NCBI GenBank assembly: GCA_963850465.1 | Contig: CAWKLN010000042.1 | Span: 45,856-109,855, forward strand | DNA: 64,000 bases | From: an uncultured delta proteobacterium | GTDB taxonomy: Bacteria; Desulfobacterota; Desulfobacteria; Desulfobacterales; UBA5852 | Direction of reading: 5' to 3' | Shown here: positions 39,553-49,773 of the stretch, one piece after another | Position numbering within the stretch: the stretch's first letter is position 1 | Layout of the letters: every line of letters begins with the position of its first letter | Notes under the pieces: generated by a model | Database searches by the model: none | What the model saw: the letters and a program-made list of their open reading frames with translations, nothing else | Told to the model about the DNA's origin: nothing | Made by a program: the position numbers and the translations under genes

Positions 39553-39591
39553 GATAACCAAACGGTAATGTTCCTGTCATAGAATCGTCAT
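39553..39591 (+). promoter_or_regulatory. OmpR/PhoB-type repeat operator, copy A
   Basis: GATAACCAAACGGTAATGTTCCTGTCATAGAATCGTCAT; GTAAT/GTCAT/GTCAT at 11-bp spacing; 27/39 identical to 51487-51525 on the minus strand. Confidence 0.65.
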
Positions 39592-39665
39592 GTACGGGAT
39601 GATATCCAGAACCTGCAATCATCAAACCACAGCTGAACATCGCCCCTGTTTGCCAGGGCTTCGCG

Positions 39666-41633
39666 ATGATTCGGCGTGGGCTATTTGTCGATTCACTATC
39701 CACCATTGGAGGCACTCCCCTGTTGTCAACGCATGTCGAACCGGATTACCACAGTCGCTTCGCGGCCGTCTGGTCCCATACGCTGATCGCCCTAGCGGCT
39801 TTTGCTACGCTGAGAATCGCGCTCCTGATCAAAACCTGGCCGGAGATGTTCCACACGGTTTATAACGGGATCTATATTTTTTCCCTGGGGATGATCTATG
39901 ATCTGGCGTTTATCAGCTATGTCTGTATCCCCTTTGTATTGTTCATCCTGATTCTGCCGGACAAACTGTACCATAGCCGGATCAACCGGTATGCCACCTA
40001 CGTGATCTCGCTGGCGGTGTTCTACGCACTCTATTTCAGTTGTGCCGCAGAATGGCTTTTCTGGGAGGAATTTGGCGTCCGGTTTAATTTCATATCGGTC
40101 GACTACCTCATCTATCGCCATGAAGTCGTACACAATATCTATGAATCTTATCCATTGGTCCCAATTCTGGCAGCGCTTTTCTTGGCCGCCGTCCTGACGG
40201 TGGTCTTGATTAATAAGCAGCTTGCGGACGCTCTGAAGACGGCCGAACCCTTCCGTCGGCGATTCCGGCAGGCGCTGCCTTTTTTCATAGGGCCCCTTCT
40301 GGCGGTATTGTTTGTCGGCCAATCCCTGCGGACCCTTTCTCCCAATAATTACGTCAATGAGCTGGCTTCCAACGGGCCCTATCAATTCGTGGCCGCGTTT
40401 CGCAATAATGAGCTGGATTACAAGTCTTTCTACCTCCAGGGAGACGACGCCAAACTTTCCCCCCTGCTGCGGGATCACCTCCGTCAGGCCCATCAAAAAT
40501 TTGCCAATGAGCAGGTGTTCGATATCCGGCGGAAGATCGAACCGGCGGGAACCCCTGAACGGCTCAATATTGTGCTGATCACGGTCGAGAGCTTAAGCGC
40601 CAAATATTTGAAACGGTTCGGCGACCCGACGGGTGTCACTCCCTTCATGGACCAATGGTATCAGGAGGGGCTGCTGTTCACCAATTGCTTTGCCACGGGT
40701 ACGCGCACAACCAGGGGGCTGGAAGCCATCACCCTCTCTCTCCCACCGACGCCTGGCCGCTCGGTAGTGAAGCGGCCCGACAACGCGCGTATGTACAGCC
40801 TGGGGAAAGTGTTTCAGGATAAAGGCTATGATACCGCATTTATCTATGGCGGCCGCGGGTATTTCGACAATATGAATGCCTTCTTCGCCGGCAATGGATA
40901 CCGCACGGTGGATCAGAATGATTTTGAAGCGGGCGAAATCAGTTTTAAAAATGCGTGGGGTGTTGCCGATGAGGACCTCTACCGGAAAGCCATAAAAGAA
41001 GCCGATCGGACCCATCGATCAGGGCAGCCGTTCTTTTTCCACATCATGACCACCAGTAACCACCGCCCCTACACCTACCCGGAGGGCAAGATCGATATTC
41101 GGCCGGGTTCCGGCCGGCAGGGGGCCGTCAAGTATACGGACTATGCCCTGGGCGTGTTTATGGATCTGGCCCAAGCGAAACCCTGGTATGCCGACACGCT
41201 TTTCGTCCTCGTCGCCGACCATTGTGCCGGCAGCGCCGGCAAGGTCGGGCTGGACCAGACAAAATACCACATACCTCTCTTTTTTTTCAGCCCGGGTCGC
41301 ATTATGCCGGGAGAAATCGACAAGCGCTGTTCCCAGATCGACATCGCCCCAACGTTGCTGGCCTTTTTGAACATCGGTTATGAAAGCAATTTTTTCGGGA
41401 CGAACATGGCGGATCCCGCTTTCCAGCCAAGGGCCTTGATCGCCAATTACCAGAAACTGGGGCTGCTGAAGGATGATAACCACATTGCGATTCTGTCGCC
41501 CGGCAAAAAAATAGATCTGCAGGTTGAAGACCGGCTCATGCCCCTGGCCTCCGGTTCAGCGCTGGCCCTGGAACTCATGGCATACTATCAAGGCGCTGAT
41601 TATATCCTCAATCATCGGCTGAATCGATGGTGA
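39666..41633 (+). CDS. LTA-synthase-family membrane sulfatase/phosphoglycerol transferase 1
   Basis: Five TMs, ITVESL, TGTRTTRG, TTSNHRPY, VADH, SQIDIAPT; start may be TTG 39723 after GGAGG. Confidence 0.9.
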   Translation: MIRRGLFVDSLSTIGGTPLLSTHVEPDYHSRFAAVWSHTLIALAAFATLRIALLIKTWPEMFHTVYNGIYIFSLGMIYDLAFISYVCIPFVLFILILPDKLYHSRINRYATYVISLAVFYALYFSCAAEWLFWEEFGVRFNFISVDYLIYRHEVVHNIYESYPLVPILAALFLAAVLTVVLINKQLADALKTAEPFRRRFRQALPFFIGPLLAVLFVGQSLRTLSPNNYVNELASNGPYQFVAAFRNNELDYKSFYLQGDDAKLSPLLRDHLRQAHQKFANEQVFDIRRKIEPAGTPERLNIVLITVESLSAKYLKRFGDPTGVTPFMDQWYQEGLLFTNCFATGTRTTRGLEAITLSLPPTPGRSVVKRPDNARMYSLGKVFQDKGYDTAFIYGGRGYFDNMNAFFAGNGYRTVDQNDFEAGEISFKNAWGVADEDLYRKAIKEADRTHRSGQPFFFHIMTTSNHRPYTYPEGKIDIRPGSGRQGAVKYTDYALGVFMDLAQAKPWYADTLFVLVADHCAGSAGKVGLDQTKYHIPLFFFSPGRIMPGEIDKRCSQIDIAPTLLAFLNIGYESNFFGTNMADPAFQPRALIANYQKLGLLKDDNHIAILSPGKKIDLQVEDRLMPLASGSALALELMAYYQGADYILNHRLNRW

Positions 41634-41710
41634 CCGAGCGGGTCTGACGCAGCACGGCGATCAAATCAAAAGAGCCCCGTTGGGTTTTCAGGGCACCTGA
41701 ACGCGATAGG

Positions 41711-43654
41711 TCAGGGCAGCGTATAGTACTGGTTGCGATAGGCCAGGGACGGCCAGAGGGCGTGCGCCAGGGCATCCGCGGCCAGTTCCGGGTCCGCTGT
41801 GGTCTTTTTATCCGCCAATTCCAGGTTGCGATAGGTGTATTGGGCCGGGGGTTGTTGGGGCTGCAGGATAATGACCTGGTCGCCGATCCGGTAGGCCTGG
41901 TTGTTGGCATATTGCATGATGGCCCGTCCGCCGTCTTGACGCGGCGGTAATGTCAGATCGCGGCCCAGCATGGGATGTTCGCCGGAAATTCCCATCAGTG
42001 ACAGCAGGGTCGGCGGGAGATCGATCTGGCTGGCAACGGGCGTGTAGGTTGCCGGGGAGATGCCCGGTCCGATGATGAGGCCGGGGATGTTAAAATGCCG
42101 GACAGGGACAAGGTTGGCCCCGCGCACCCGGCTGTCGTGATCGGCCACCACCAGGAAAATCGTGCGGTCCCAGTAGGAAGACCGGCGCGCCAGGTCGAAG
42201 AAGCGCCCCAGGGCGAAATCGGCGTAACGGATGGCATTGTGCTCGGGATTGTCGGACAACTCATCCGGTGTCAGGCGCCCGTCCGGGAATTCGAAAGGGG
42301 AGTGATAGGAAGACGTAAAGATCAACCCCATAAACGGCTGATCGCCGTAGGCTTCGAATTCCTGATGGGCTTTCACGAAAAGATCTTCGTCGGAGACTCC
42401 CCAGGTGCCCTTGAATTCCCACTGCGCGTAATCCTGCTCGTCAATGATGCGGTCAAAGCCGTTTCTCAGGAAAAAGCCCCGCATATTGTCGAAATGGCTT
42501 TCCCCGCCATAGATGAAAACGCTCTGGTAATTGTGGTCTTTAAGATAGCCGGCCAGGTTGAAAAACGGTTTCCCGAAGGAACTCAATTTAACCACGCTGC
42601 GGCCGGGTGTGGGCAGAAATCCGGTGGTGACGGCCTCGATGCCGCGTACGGAGCGTGTGCCTGTGGCGTAAAGGTTTTCGAACCACAGACCCTCGGCGGA
42701 CAATTGGACCAGCCGCGGGGTCAGGGGGCGTCCGCCCAGGGTTTCCACAAATTGGGCGCCCATGCTTTCTTCCAGCACGATGACCAGGTTATAGGGTCGG
42801 GCGATTTGCCGGCTGGCGGTCTGGTGGTGCAGGGTCGGCCGGTCGGGATCCTTAAACGCCGATGCCGGGGCGTCCATGGCCTGCCGCACCCGTCGCACGA
42901 TCTCATCCTCGTCCATGCGCCCATAAAATTTACCGGCTTCTTTTTCGTCCTTCATCCGATAGGCGGCGTACATGACCGAATAGGTCGAGTTCAGGGCCAG
43001 ATCGTTGACCAGGGGATCGCTGGAAAAAGCCGCCGTGCTGATATTGGCCGGCCGGTGCCCCAGGCTCGACCGGGCCCCCAGTACGAGCAGTGCGGCCAGT
43101 ATCGGAAAGACCAGCAGACATCGCAGCAACGACCAGCCGGTTCGTCGGCGCAGGCTCCCGCCGAAAAGAGCCCAGGCCCCCCAGGCCGCCAGCGGCACCA
43201 GGAGACTTGCCAGGAACAACTGGGGTTTGTATTGCGCCCAGAGCATCGAAAACACTTCCCGGGGGTAAATGAGGTATTCCAGAAACAGGCGATTGGGCCG
43301 GATACCGTACTCGCTGATAAAGGAGGGCGTGGCGGTTTCCATAAAGACGATCAGGACGGTTACCATCGTCAGCCAGACACGCATGAGCAGGGCGGCCCCG
43401 CGACCCACGATCGAGGTGCCGGCCGTAAACATGTAGAGCACGGCCGGGAATAGCAGCACATAGGCCGTCAACTGCAGATCCATCTGCAATCCGATCGTGA
43501 ACAGACGCCAGGGGTGCTCGACGGCGCTCAAGCGCTCCCACTGCCATGCCGCCAAGCCGGCCCGCACCAGTGCCAGCGTAGAAACGGTGATGATGGCAAA
43601 GGCTGCCAATGGGGCTAACGGTCCCAGATCATTCCTCAATTTTTTCAGTTGCAT
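41711..43654 (-). CDS. LTA-synthase-family protein 2
   Basis: VLEESM, TGTRSVRG, TSSYHSPF, VADH, SQIDLPPT. Confidence 0.9.
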   Translation of the reverse strand: MQLKKLRNDLGPLAPLAAFAIITVSTLALVRAGLAAWQWERLSAVEHPWRLFTIGLQMDLQLTAYVLLFPAVLYMFTAGTSIVGRGAALLMRVWLTMVTVLIVFMETATPSFISEYGIRPNRLFLEYLIYPREVFSMLWAQYKPQLFLASLLVPLAAWGAWALFGGSLRRRTGWSLLRCLLVFPILAALLVLGARSSLGHRPANISTAAFSSDPLVNDLALNSTYSVMYAAYRMKDEKEAGKFYGRMDEDEIVRRVRQAMDAPASAFKDPDRPTLHHQTASRQIARPYNLVIVLEESMGAQFVETLGGRPLTPRLVQLSAEGLWFENLYATGTRSVRGIEAVTTGFLPTPGRSVVKLSSFGKPFFNLAGYLKDHNYQSVFIYGGESHFDNMRGFFLRNGFDRIIDEQDYAQWEFKGTWGVSDEDLFVKAHQEFEAYGDQPFMGLIFTSSYHSPFEFPDGRLTPDELSDNPEHNAIRYADFALGRFFDLARRSSYWDRTIFLVVADHDSRVRGANLVPVRHFNIPGLIIGPGISPATYTPVASQIDLPPTLLSLMGISGEHPMLGRDLTLPPRQDGGRAIMQYANNQAYRIGDQVIILQPQQPPAQYTYRNLELADKKTTADPELAADALAHALWPSLAYRNQYYTLP

Positions 43655-43777
43655 TAATTCATAGACCTTTCAACGTTCACCGGGCACGCAGCAATATACA
43701 CGCCAATCAAACCCAATAAAATAGGGCTGAAAATCAAATTAGCAATAGACGATGGATGAGGGCACGATCGGATTTAA

Positions 43778-45817
43778 TCAGGGGGACGCCATCAGATTTT
43801 GGGATTGGCGGGCAATTTCCTCGGGCGTATTGTGAAAGCGGACATAGCGGGCACTTTCATATATCCCCAGGCAGAGTTGCTGCATTTTTTCGGCCATCGC
43901 CGGGTATTGAGCCGCCACATCCTCGATTGGTAATTCGGGGTCGAGTTTGAAAAGTTTGGGGGAACTCCCGTCTCCATTCACATTATAATAGAAATCAGCG
44001 CCGATGAGCCCGAGAAGCGGTACAGGGGCATGCAGAATGGTGAAAGCATAGCGGTTGTCGTTAAACTGAGGGTCGAAAAGATCACGTCCAAACGTTGCGT
44101 TGGTGTACCGCACGCCTGCCATACCGGCGATGGTCGGCATGACATCCACTTCACTGGCAACGCGATCGATGACGTCGGGGGATGCAATAAGCCCGGGAGC
44201 ATAAATCACCAGGGGCACATGGTAGCGGTTCATGATGAGTTCATGTTCGTACTTGGGGCGATGCTCGGCATTGCGCACCAGGCCGTGATCCCCGAAAAAA
44301 AGAAAAACGGTATTGTCGAAATAGGGTTCCAGTTTGGCAATGTCGATAAAACGACCAATGCTGTGGTCCATGAAACGATAGGAATTGTAGGCATCCGCTG
44401 AGCGAAAGCCATACCGCAGCGCCATTTCATCGCCTACAGGGTTGGGCTGAAACCCGTCGTTATCCGGTGGGATCGTATACGGCCGGTGGTTTCCGGAGGT
44501 CTGAATAATGGCCAGGAAAGGTTCCGGCCCGGCATTTTTCAGCACGCCGTTAGCCTCTTTGAAAAGATTTAGGTCGGAGATACCCCAGACATCGACCACG
44601 GGTGAGGAATAACTGCCTTCTTCATAGAGGTTAAGATCGTTGATATTGGTGGACAACAGCCCACGGATTTCCCCCCAGCTGGCACTGCCGCCTAAAAAGT
44701 AAAATTTGCGATACGCCTTCATTTCATTGGCAATGACATGCTGCCTTACGACAAGCGGGTTGCGGGAGGAAGTCTTAATCAGTTCGATATCGGGAATGCC
44801 GGTCATGGCGGCGAATACAGACCGCGCCGTGCCGCCGTGGGGCGTGTAGAAACGACGGAAAAGAAGCCCTTCGCGTGCGATCCGGTCGAAATTCGGTGTC
44901 GGGTCCAAGGGGTTGCCGGAAAGGCTGGTTTTGTAAAAGCCGAAGGACTCCAGAATAACAACGATGACATTGGGTGGTTTAGCAAAGCGGTTTTCGCCCT
45001 TTGATTGCCGCACGAAAGAGAGATGTTTTTTGTCTTTCGGCGCAACCCCCAGAAAATCAGCGATGCGGTCGTAATGCGCGGCGACTTGCTCTTTGTCGTA
45101 GGTGACCTCCCTGTTTTTCAAGGTGTCATAGAAATACAATGCCGGATTCAGGGCGATTGCTGAGACAAAGGCATTGTTGGAGAAAAAAGCTTCACTCCAG
45201 CGCAGGGGATACCAGGAGAATTTGCCGTAAATACCAAAACAGTATACCAGCACAAAAAAGGCTACGCTGACGACACGCCGCCAGCGCCGGGCCTTTTGCG
45301 AAGGGTGCCTGGCGAACTTACGCACGAGGCGGGATTGTCCATAAGCAACGCCGGCGGTAAACAGGGCCATCAGTGCCAGGAGCGGCCACACCGGATAGCT
45401 TTCCATGACCATCTGATAGGATTCGCGCAGGTTGTAGAGAAATCGCAGGATGGTGGCGTCGAGACGGCTTTCAAGGTAGGCAAAATGGGCAAAATCAAGG
45501 ACGTAGGCCAGGCCGATGGCGGTGGCCACAATGGTCAGGTAGGTGCCCCAGATGCGTCTGCCGCGCACGGTATCAAACAGGTTGATGGGCTTGATCCAAC
45601 CCAGCAGCAGAACCGGAAACAGGGCGATCAATATCAGCCGGGTGTCAAATCTAAAGCCGATAAAAAAAGCTTTGGACAAAACGGATACGGGGATGGAGGC
45701 GTCCGGCGCCTGGAAATGGAGATAAAAACCGATGCGCAGCAGTGTCAGGCCCACCAGACTGATGACGAAGTTAAAAATGAGAAAACGGACCAAACGAGGC
45801 AATCGCGGAGATTCCAT
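43778..45817 (-). CDS. LTA-synthase-family protein 3
   Basis: VILESF, HGGTARS, TSGNHRPY, FGDHG, SEVDVMPT. Confidence 0.9.
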   Translation of the reverse strand: MESPRLPRLVRFLIFNFVISLVGLTLLRIGFYLHFQAPDASIPVSVLSKAFFIGFRFDTRLILIALFPVLLLGWIKPINLFDTVRGRRIWGTYLTIVATAIGLAYVLDFAHFAYLESRLDATILRFLYNLRESYQMVMESYPVWPLLALMALFTAGVAYGQSRLVRKFARHPSQKARRWRRVVSVAFFVLVYCFGIYGKFSWYPLRWSEAFFSNNAFVSAIALNPALYFYDTLKNREVTYDKEQVAAHYDRIADFLGVAPKDKKHLSFVRQSKGENRFAKPPNVIVVILESFGFYKTSLSGNPLDPTPNFDRIAREGLLFRRFYTPHGGTARSVFAAMTGIPDIELIKTSSRNPLVVRQHVIANEMKAYRKFYFLGGSASWGEIRGLLSTNINDLNLYEEGSYSSPVVDVWGISDLNLFKEANGVLKNAGPEPFLAIIQTSGNHRPYTIPPDNDGFQPNPVGDEMALRYGFRSADAYNSYRFMDHSIGRFIDIAKLEPYFDNTVFLFFGDHGLVRNAEHRPKYEHELIMNRYHVPLVIYAPGLIASPDVIDRVASEVDVMPTIAGMAGVRYTNATFGRDLFDPQFNDNRYAFTILHAPVPLLGLIGADFYYNVNGDGSSPKLFKLDPELPIEDVAAQYPAMAEKMQQLCLGIYESARYVRFHNTPEEIARQSQNLMASP

Positions 45818-45866
45818 TAAACCTACCTGGTGAATATCAATAAGATCTTTTTATCCATGAATTTCA

Positions 45867-46475
45867 TCAATTTGCCGATACCGGCCTGGCGGTATTAATG
45901 GCCGGGGAAGAACCTGTTGCGTTTATCCTATGCCGGGGTTTGTAATTCAAGACAAAGTCGCCCTTGCGGGTGCCCCGATCGAACGAACTCTTGTACGTCA
46001 TGAACCTTGTGGCCCCATGTGCTTTTTCGTTCTCCCAGCCCTCGTACTCCATGCGGTAAGTCGCCGAGAAGAGGACCGCGCGGCTGACGCCGTGGTGGCA
46101 GTGAATCAGAACCGGGAATACGGCGGGATCATCCATGACGGCCAGATACTGATCGACCGTCGCTTGTGTCGGTGCCTGGTGGGAAGATATGTTGACATGG
46201 TTGACACCGATGGCCGTCATGGCCGCATGCTCGGCGTCGATAGCCTCCTTTTCCTCCTCTTGTCGGAGATCGATGACGGTCTTGATATGATGCTGCTGGA
46301 CAACGGTTGTGAGCTTCTCAGGCGGCATGGCGCCGGATTTATAGACTTTCCCTTCGGTGATCGTCATGAAGCGATAATTTATATGCACATGGTACAGGTA
46401 AGCGGCCGTCACAACCAGGGCGCTGGCGCCGATGATAAGGCCGGTGATTTTAAGGGACTTATTTTTGGATGACAT
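45867..46475 (-). CDS. Membrane-anchored PTP/dual-specificity phosphatase
   Basis: N-terminal hydrophobic anchor, VIDLR, HCHHGVSR (CX5R). Confidence 0.88.
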   Translation of the reverse strand: MSSKNKSLKITGLIIGASALVVTAAYLYHVHINYRFMTITEGKVYKSGAMPPEKLTTVVQQHHIKTVIDLRQEEEKEAIDAEHAAMTAIGVNHVNISSHQAPTQATVDQYLAVMDDPAVFPVLIHCHHGVSRAVLFSATYRMEYEGWENEKAHGATRFMTYKSSFDRGTRKGDFVLNYKPRHRINATGSSPAINTARPVSAN

Positions 46476-46648
46476 GCAAATACCTCCCGTGGAGAATGAA
46501 TATAACGGAACAAGGCCCCACAGCGCATGATGCCGGGTGTTTGAAGGTCGATTCGAACGGCAGGCCCAAATGGATTGAATGGTTTTTTTTAGAACAACCC
46601 ATCCTATTATTCAACCTGTCTATGCGCGGGTGCTGATTCATATAGGGG

Positions 46649-47413
46649 CTATTGGTCAGGGTAATTTAAGACGATTGTTTCGCTACGTTTCAGCAACGGA
46701 TTGCGGGACGGGAACGCGCGCAGGATTAGTTTGCGCCCGAATACGGTTATCGCGATCAGAGCAAACCCAAGGCCCACGAGATACAGGTTCCCCTGGGCAC
46801 CGCCGCTGCCAAAAATAGCGAACACAACGGTCAACGGGATGAATCCCAGAAAAGATCCGGCCAGATAGGCACGAAAGGGAATGCGGCAGGCACCGCACAA
46901 CAGCCCGGCCAGGGTGGCGTTGGACAGGGGAAACAGGCGTATATATAGGACCCACCAGAAGGCATTGTCTTCAAAACGCGCCTGCCACATTGCCAGCCGC
47001 GGTCCCATGCGGCGTCGGACCATACCGGCCAGCACGGCTTGGCCGATGCGAAAAACAATGGCTGCGCCAACCAGCGTTGCCGCCAGGGCCAGCAGGGTGC
47101 CCCACAGGGTGCCGAAGAGCGCTCCGGCAATGGCACTGACCCACAGGCGGGGCAGGCCCACACCGATCAGCAGACTGAAAGCGACCACAAAAAGGGCGGC
47201 CCGCAGACCCATTCCTCCGGAGGGGCCTATTCCCGAGAGGGCTTGCGCCAGGACGGGGATGTTCATGATGTGAACGCGAACGGCCTCGTTCCGGATCAGG
47301 ACAGCCATGCCCGCAAAAAAGAGGCTTACAGCGATGATCTTGAGAAGATCTTTCCACAGCCGTTCGGAAGATGCGGGCCAAGGCATATGAAGGGGTTGAT
47401 GCATGACTGTCAT
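46649..47413 (-). CDS. DedA/VTT (TVP38) membrane protein
   Basis: AGALFGTLWG, YIRLFP, YLAGSFLGFIP; ATGA-coupled to the GT2 gene. Confidence 0.85.
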   Translation of the reverse strand: MTVMHQPLHMPWPASSERLWKDLLKIIAVSLFFAGMAVLIRNEAVRVHIMNIPVLAQALSGIGPSGGMGLRAALFVVAFSLLIGVGLPRLWVSAIAGALFGTLWGTLLALAATLVGAAIVFRIGQAVLAGMVRRRMGPRLAMWQARFEDNAFWWVLYIRLFPLSNATLAGLLCGACRIPFRAYLAGSFLGFIPLTVVFAIFGSGGAQGNLYLVGLGFALIAITVFGRKLILRAFPSRNPLLKRSETIVLNYPDQ

Positions 47414-48173
47414 TCCTCCATCGTCTCGGAAATCTGAAAGCGCAGCGCCCGCCGGCGCAGCCAAAAGACACCGGCCAGATCCGCCAGACCGACCCACAAC
47501 CGGTTGTTGATGCCCGTGCCGTATTTGCTGGTGCCCTTCCAACGGGGGCGGTGCCGGACGGTGGTTTCCGCCACGCGGTAACCGGCCGCCATGACGAGCG
47601 CCGGGAAAAACCGGTGGGCGTTGCGAAAAAAAGGCACGTGCCCCAGGCAGTCCCGGCGGAAAACGCGGATGGCACAGCCGACGTCCGTGATGCCGTCGCG
47701 CAGGATGGCGCGTCGCACACGGTTGGCGATACGGCTGGAAACCCTGCGGATGAAGCTATCGGCACGCCGTGCCCGGATGCCGCACATCATGTCGACCTGG
47801 CGGCGCTGCAGTTCGTCCAGGAGGAGGGGCAGGTCCCGGGGGTCGTTCTGACCGTCCCCGTCCATCGTCCCGACATAGAGGCCCCGGGCCGTCCGGAAGC
47901 CGGCCTGCAGGGCCGCCGATTGCCCGCTGTTGGGGGTGATGTGGACGGCCCGGAAGTGGGCGTGGCGTGTGGTCCAATCCTCGATCATTTGGCCGGTCCG
48001 GTCCTGGGAGCCGTCATCCACCAGGATGCATTCCCAGGTGGGGATGCATCGGCGCTGTTTTCCGACATCACCTGCTCCAGCTCCTGGCAGACGCAATCGA
48101 TGCAACTGCCCTCGTTATAGAAGGGGATAACGAGACTGAGGAGCGGTGTTGTCGTGTTGTTTCTCGATGCCAT
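47410..48173 (-). CDS. GT2 polyprenol-phosphate glycosyltransferase (DPM1/ArnC-like; frameshift near 48040)
   Basis: SLVIPFYNE, then shifted LVDDGSQD, NSGQSAA, MDGDGQNDP, DVGC, HRFFPAL, HRPR..G.SKY. Confidence 0.88.
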
Positions 48174-48207
48174 CTTTTTCACTGAATGATGTTTGCTGTC
48201 TGATTGC

Positions 48208-49089
48208 CTAAAGGGATCTGTTTACTGGCAATGGTCGATTTGGCAGTGTGTTGCGATGACGGTGGTTGACACGTTTGCGACGCGTTTCGCGATGAATCAG
48301 CCATGCGATAATGGGACCGATCCATTTCATGCGGGCCACGGCCAGATAGTGGTCCAGAAAAGTTTGCCAGATTGCTGCTTTCCAAGGTGTATGGCGATAA
48401 AACTGGCTCAGATCCCGGACAGCAATACGCCATCGAGCCAACCGGAAGCGGGCCTTTTCGAGATCGATTAAGTAGGGAACAAGAATGCGATCTGTCGGCG
48501 GGGCGCTCGAAGAATTTCCAACAAAACCGCTGATCAGGATGTGTTTGCCATACAGGGCACCATGTTCCAAATGCTGCCGATGAAAGCGACCGATCAAAGC
48601 GCTTGTTTCGCGGATGATGCCTTTGACCTCGGAGGGGGGGCGTTCGGAAGATTGACGCATATACGCTTCAAGGGAGATGCTCTGTGGTATTTCCTTTGTC
48701 ATCAAGATGGCTTGCCAGATTTTTCCCACACGCCGTTCACCATAGTAGATGACTTCCGGCGCCGCGATGCCATGCGCTTTCATTTTCATTAGGTTACGGT
48801 ATTCACGATAGGCCGTTGGTTTCATATGAAAAGGTGGGCGAGGACTCCGATAACAATGCCCTTCCTGGCGCTTGAGATAGACACCGGACAGTCCCCTTGG
48901 TGAATCCGGCAATTCGATTCGGCAAACACCGCTCCATCCCCAACGGCGATAGTTGGGCGGTTCCACCCAGGCGGCGGTGACGGACCAGAGCGCTTCGAAA
49001 CAATCGAGTCCGTTGATCTGCAACAGATCGTGACCCGCAGCCGACCCGAATATTTCACGACCGTCATGAAGCGTGCTTTTTAAGAACAT
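48208..49089 (-). CDS. InaA-family lipopolysaccharide kinase 1
   Basis: WVEPPNYRRWGWSGV, YLKRQ, PTAYRE, HGALYGKH, LIDLEKAR. Confidence 0.85.
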   Translation of the reverse strand: MFLKSTLHDGREIFGSAAGHDLLQINGLDCFEALWSVTAAWVEPPNYRRWGWSGVCRIELPDSPRGLSGVYLKRQEGHCYRSPRPPFHMKPTAYREYRNLMKMKAHGIAAPEVIYYGERRVGKIWQAILMTKEIPQSISLEAYMRQSSERPPSEVKGIIRETSALIGRFHRQHLEHGALYGKHILISGFVGNSSSAPPTDRILVPYLIDLEKARFRLARWRIAVRDLSQFYRHTPWKAAIWQTFLDHYLAVARMKWIGPIIAWLIHRETRRKRVNHRHRNTLPNRPLPVNRSL

Positions 49090-49735
49090 AGACCCTCCAC
49101 ATGGCGTAGAATTTCAGAAAATCGATATGACCGGAAATCGCGAAACCGGCATCGGCGAATTCACGCTCGACCACCGCGCGTTCCAGCACAATCCGATTTT
49201 GATAGGTTTTGTAGGTCCTGTGCGCTTCCAGCTTTCGTCGCCGGAAGGCTTTATAGTTGCCGTCCACCCAGAGCGAGATAGCCACGGTTTCGCGCGTCAC
49301 ACGATGAAGTTCTCGTAGGATCGTCAGGCGATCCTCCGAACGGGTAATGTGGTGCAGCAACCGCATGCAGAAAATATGGTCTACGCTGGCGTCCTCCATC
49401 TGGATATCGAAGGCGGAACACGGAAAGGTTTTTACCCGGGCCAGCAACTCCGGCGGGGTTACCTCACGGGCGACGGAGAGCATGGCCTCGCTGTTGTCGG
49501 CGGCCAGAATGGTGCGGTCCTCTTTCCGGGCCAGCAAAGGCCAGAAACGACCCGCCCCGCAAGGCAGATCCAGCACGGTGGCGGGATGACCGGCCAGGGC
49601 CAGGGCCCAGGCGGCCAGCTGCTGCTCACGCCAGTTGGAGAGGCGATGGCCAAGCGTGTTGCGGTGCTTGTCATGGTATTTCAGGGCGTGCTTGAAGGTG
49701 TATTTGGACGAAAACGCCAATTCATGTGAATGCAT
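49064..49735 (-). CDS. Class I SAM-dependent methyltransferase (WarA/PP0903-like)
   Basis: FSSKY, VLDLPCGAGRFW, ADNS, IFCMRLLHH, SLWVDGNYKA; overlaps the InaA gene. Confidence 0.88.
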   Translation of the reverse strand: MHSHELAFSSKYTFKHALKYHDKHRNTLGHRLSNWREQQLAAWALALAGHPATVLDLPCGAGRFWPLLARKEDRTILAADNSEAMLSVAREVTPPELLARVKTFPCSAFDIQMEDASVDHIFCMRLLHHITRSEDRLTILRELHRVTRETVAISLWVDGNYKAFRRRKLEAHRTYKTYQNRIVLERAVVEREFADAGFAISGHIDFLKFYAMWRVYVLKKHAS

Positions 49736-49773
49736 AGGGTGTCCTTTTTTCAGTCATGGTTGCAATGGTTTGA

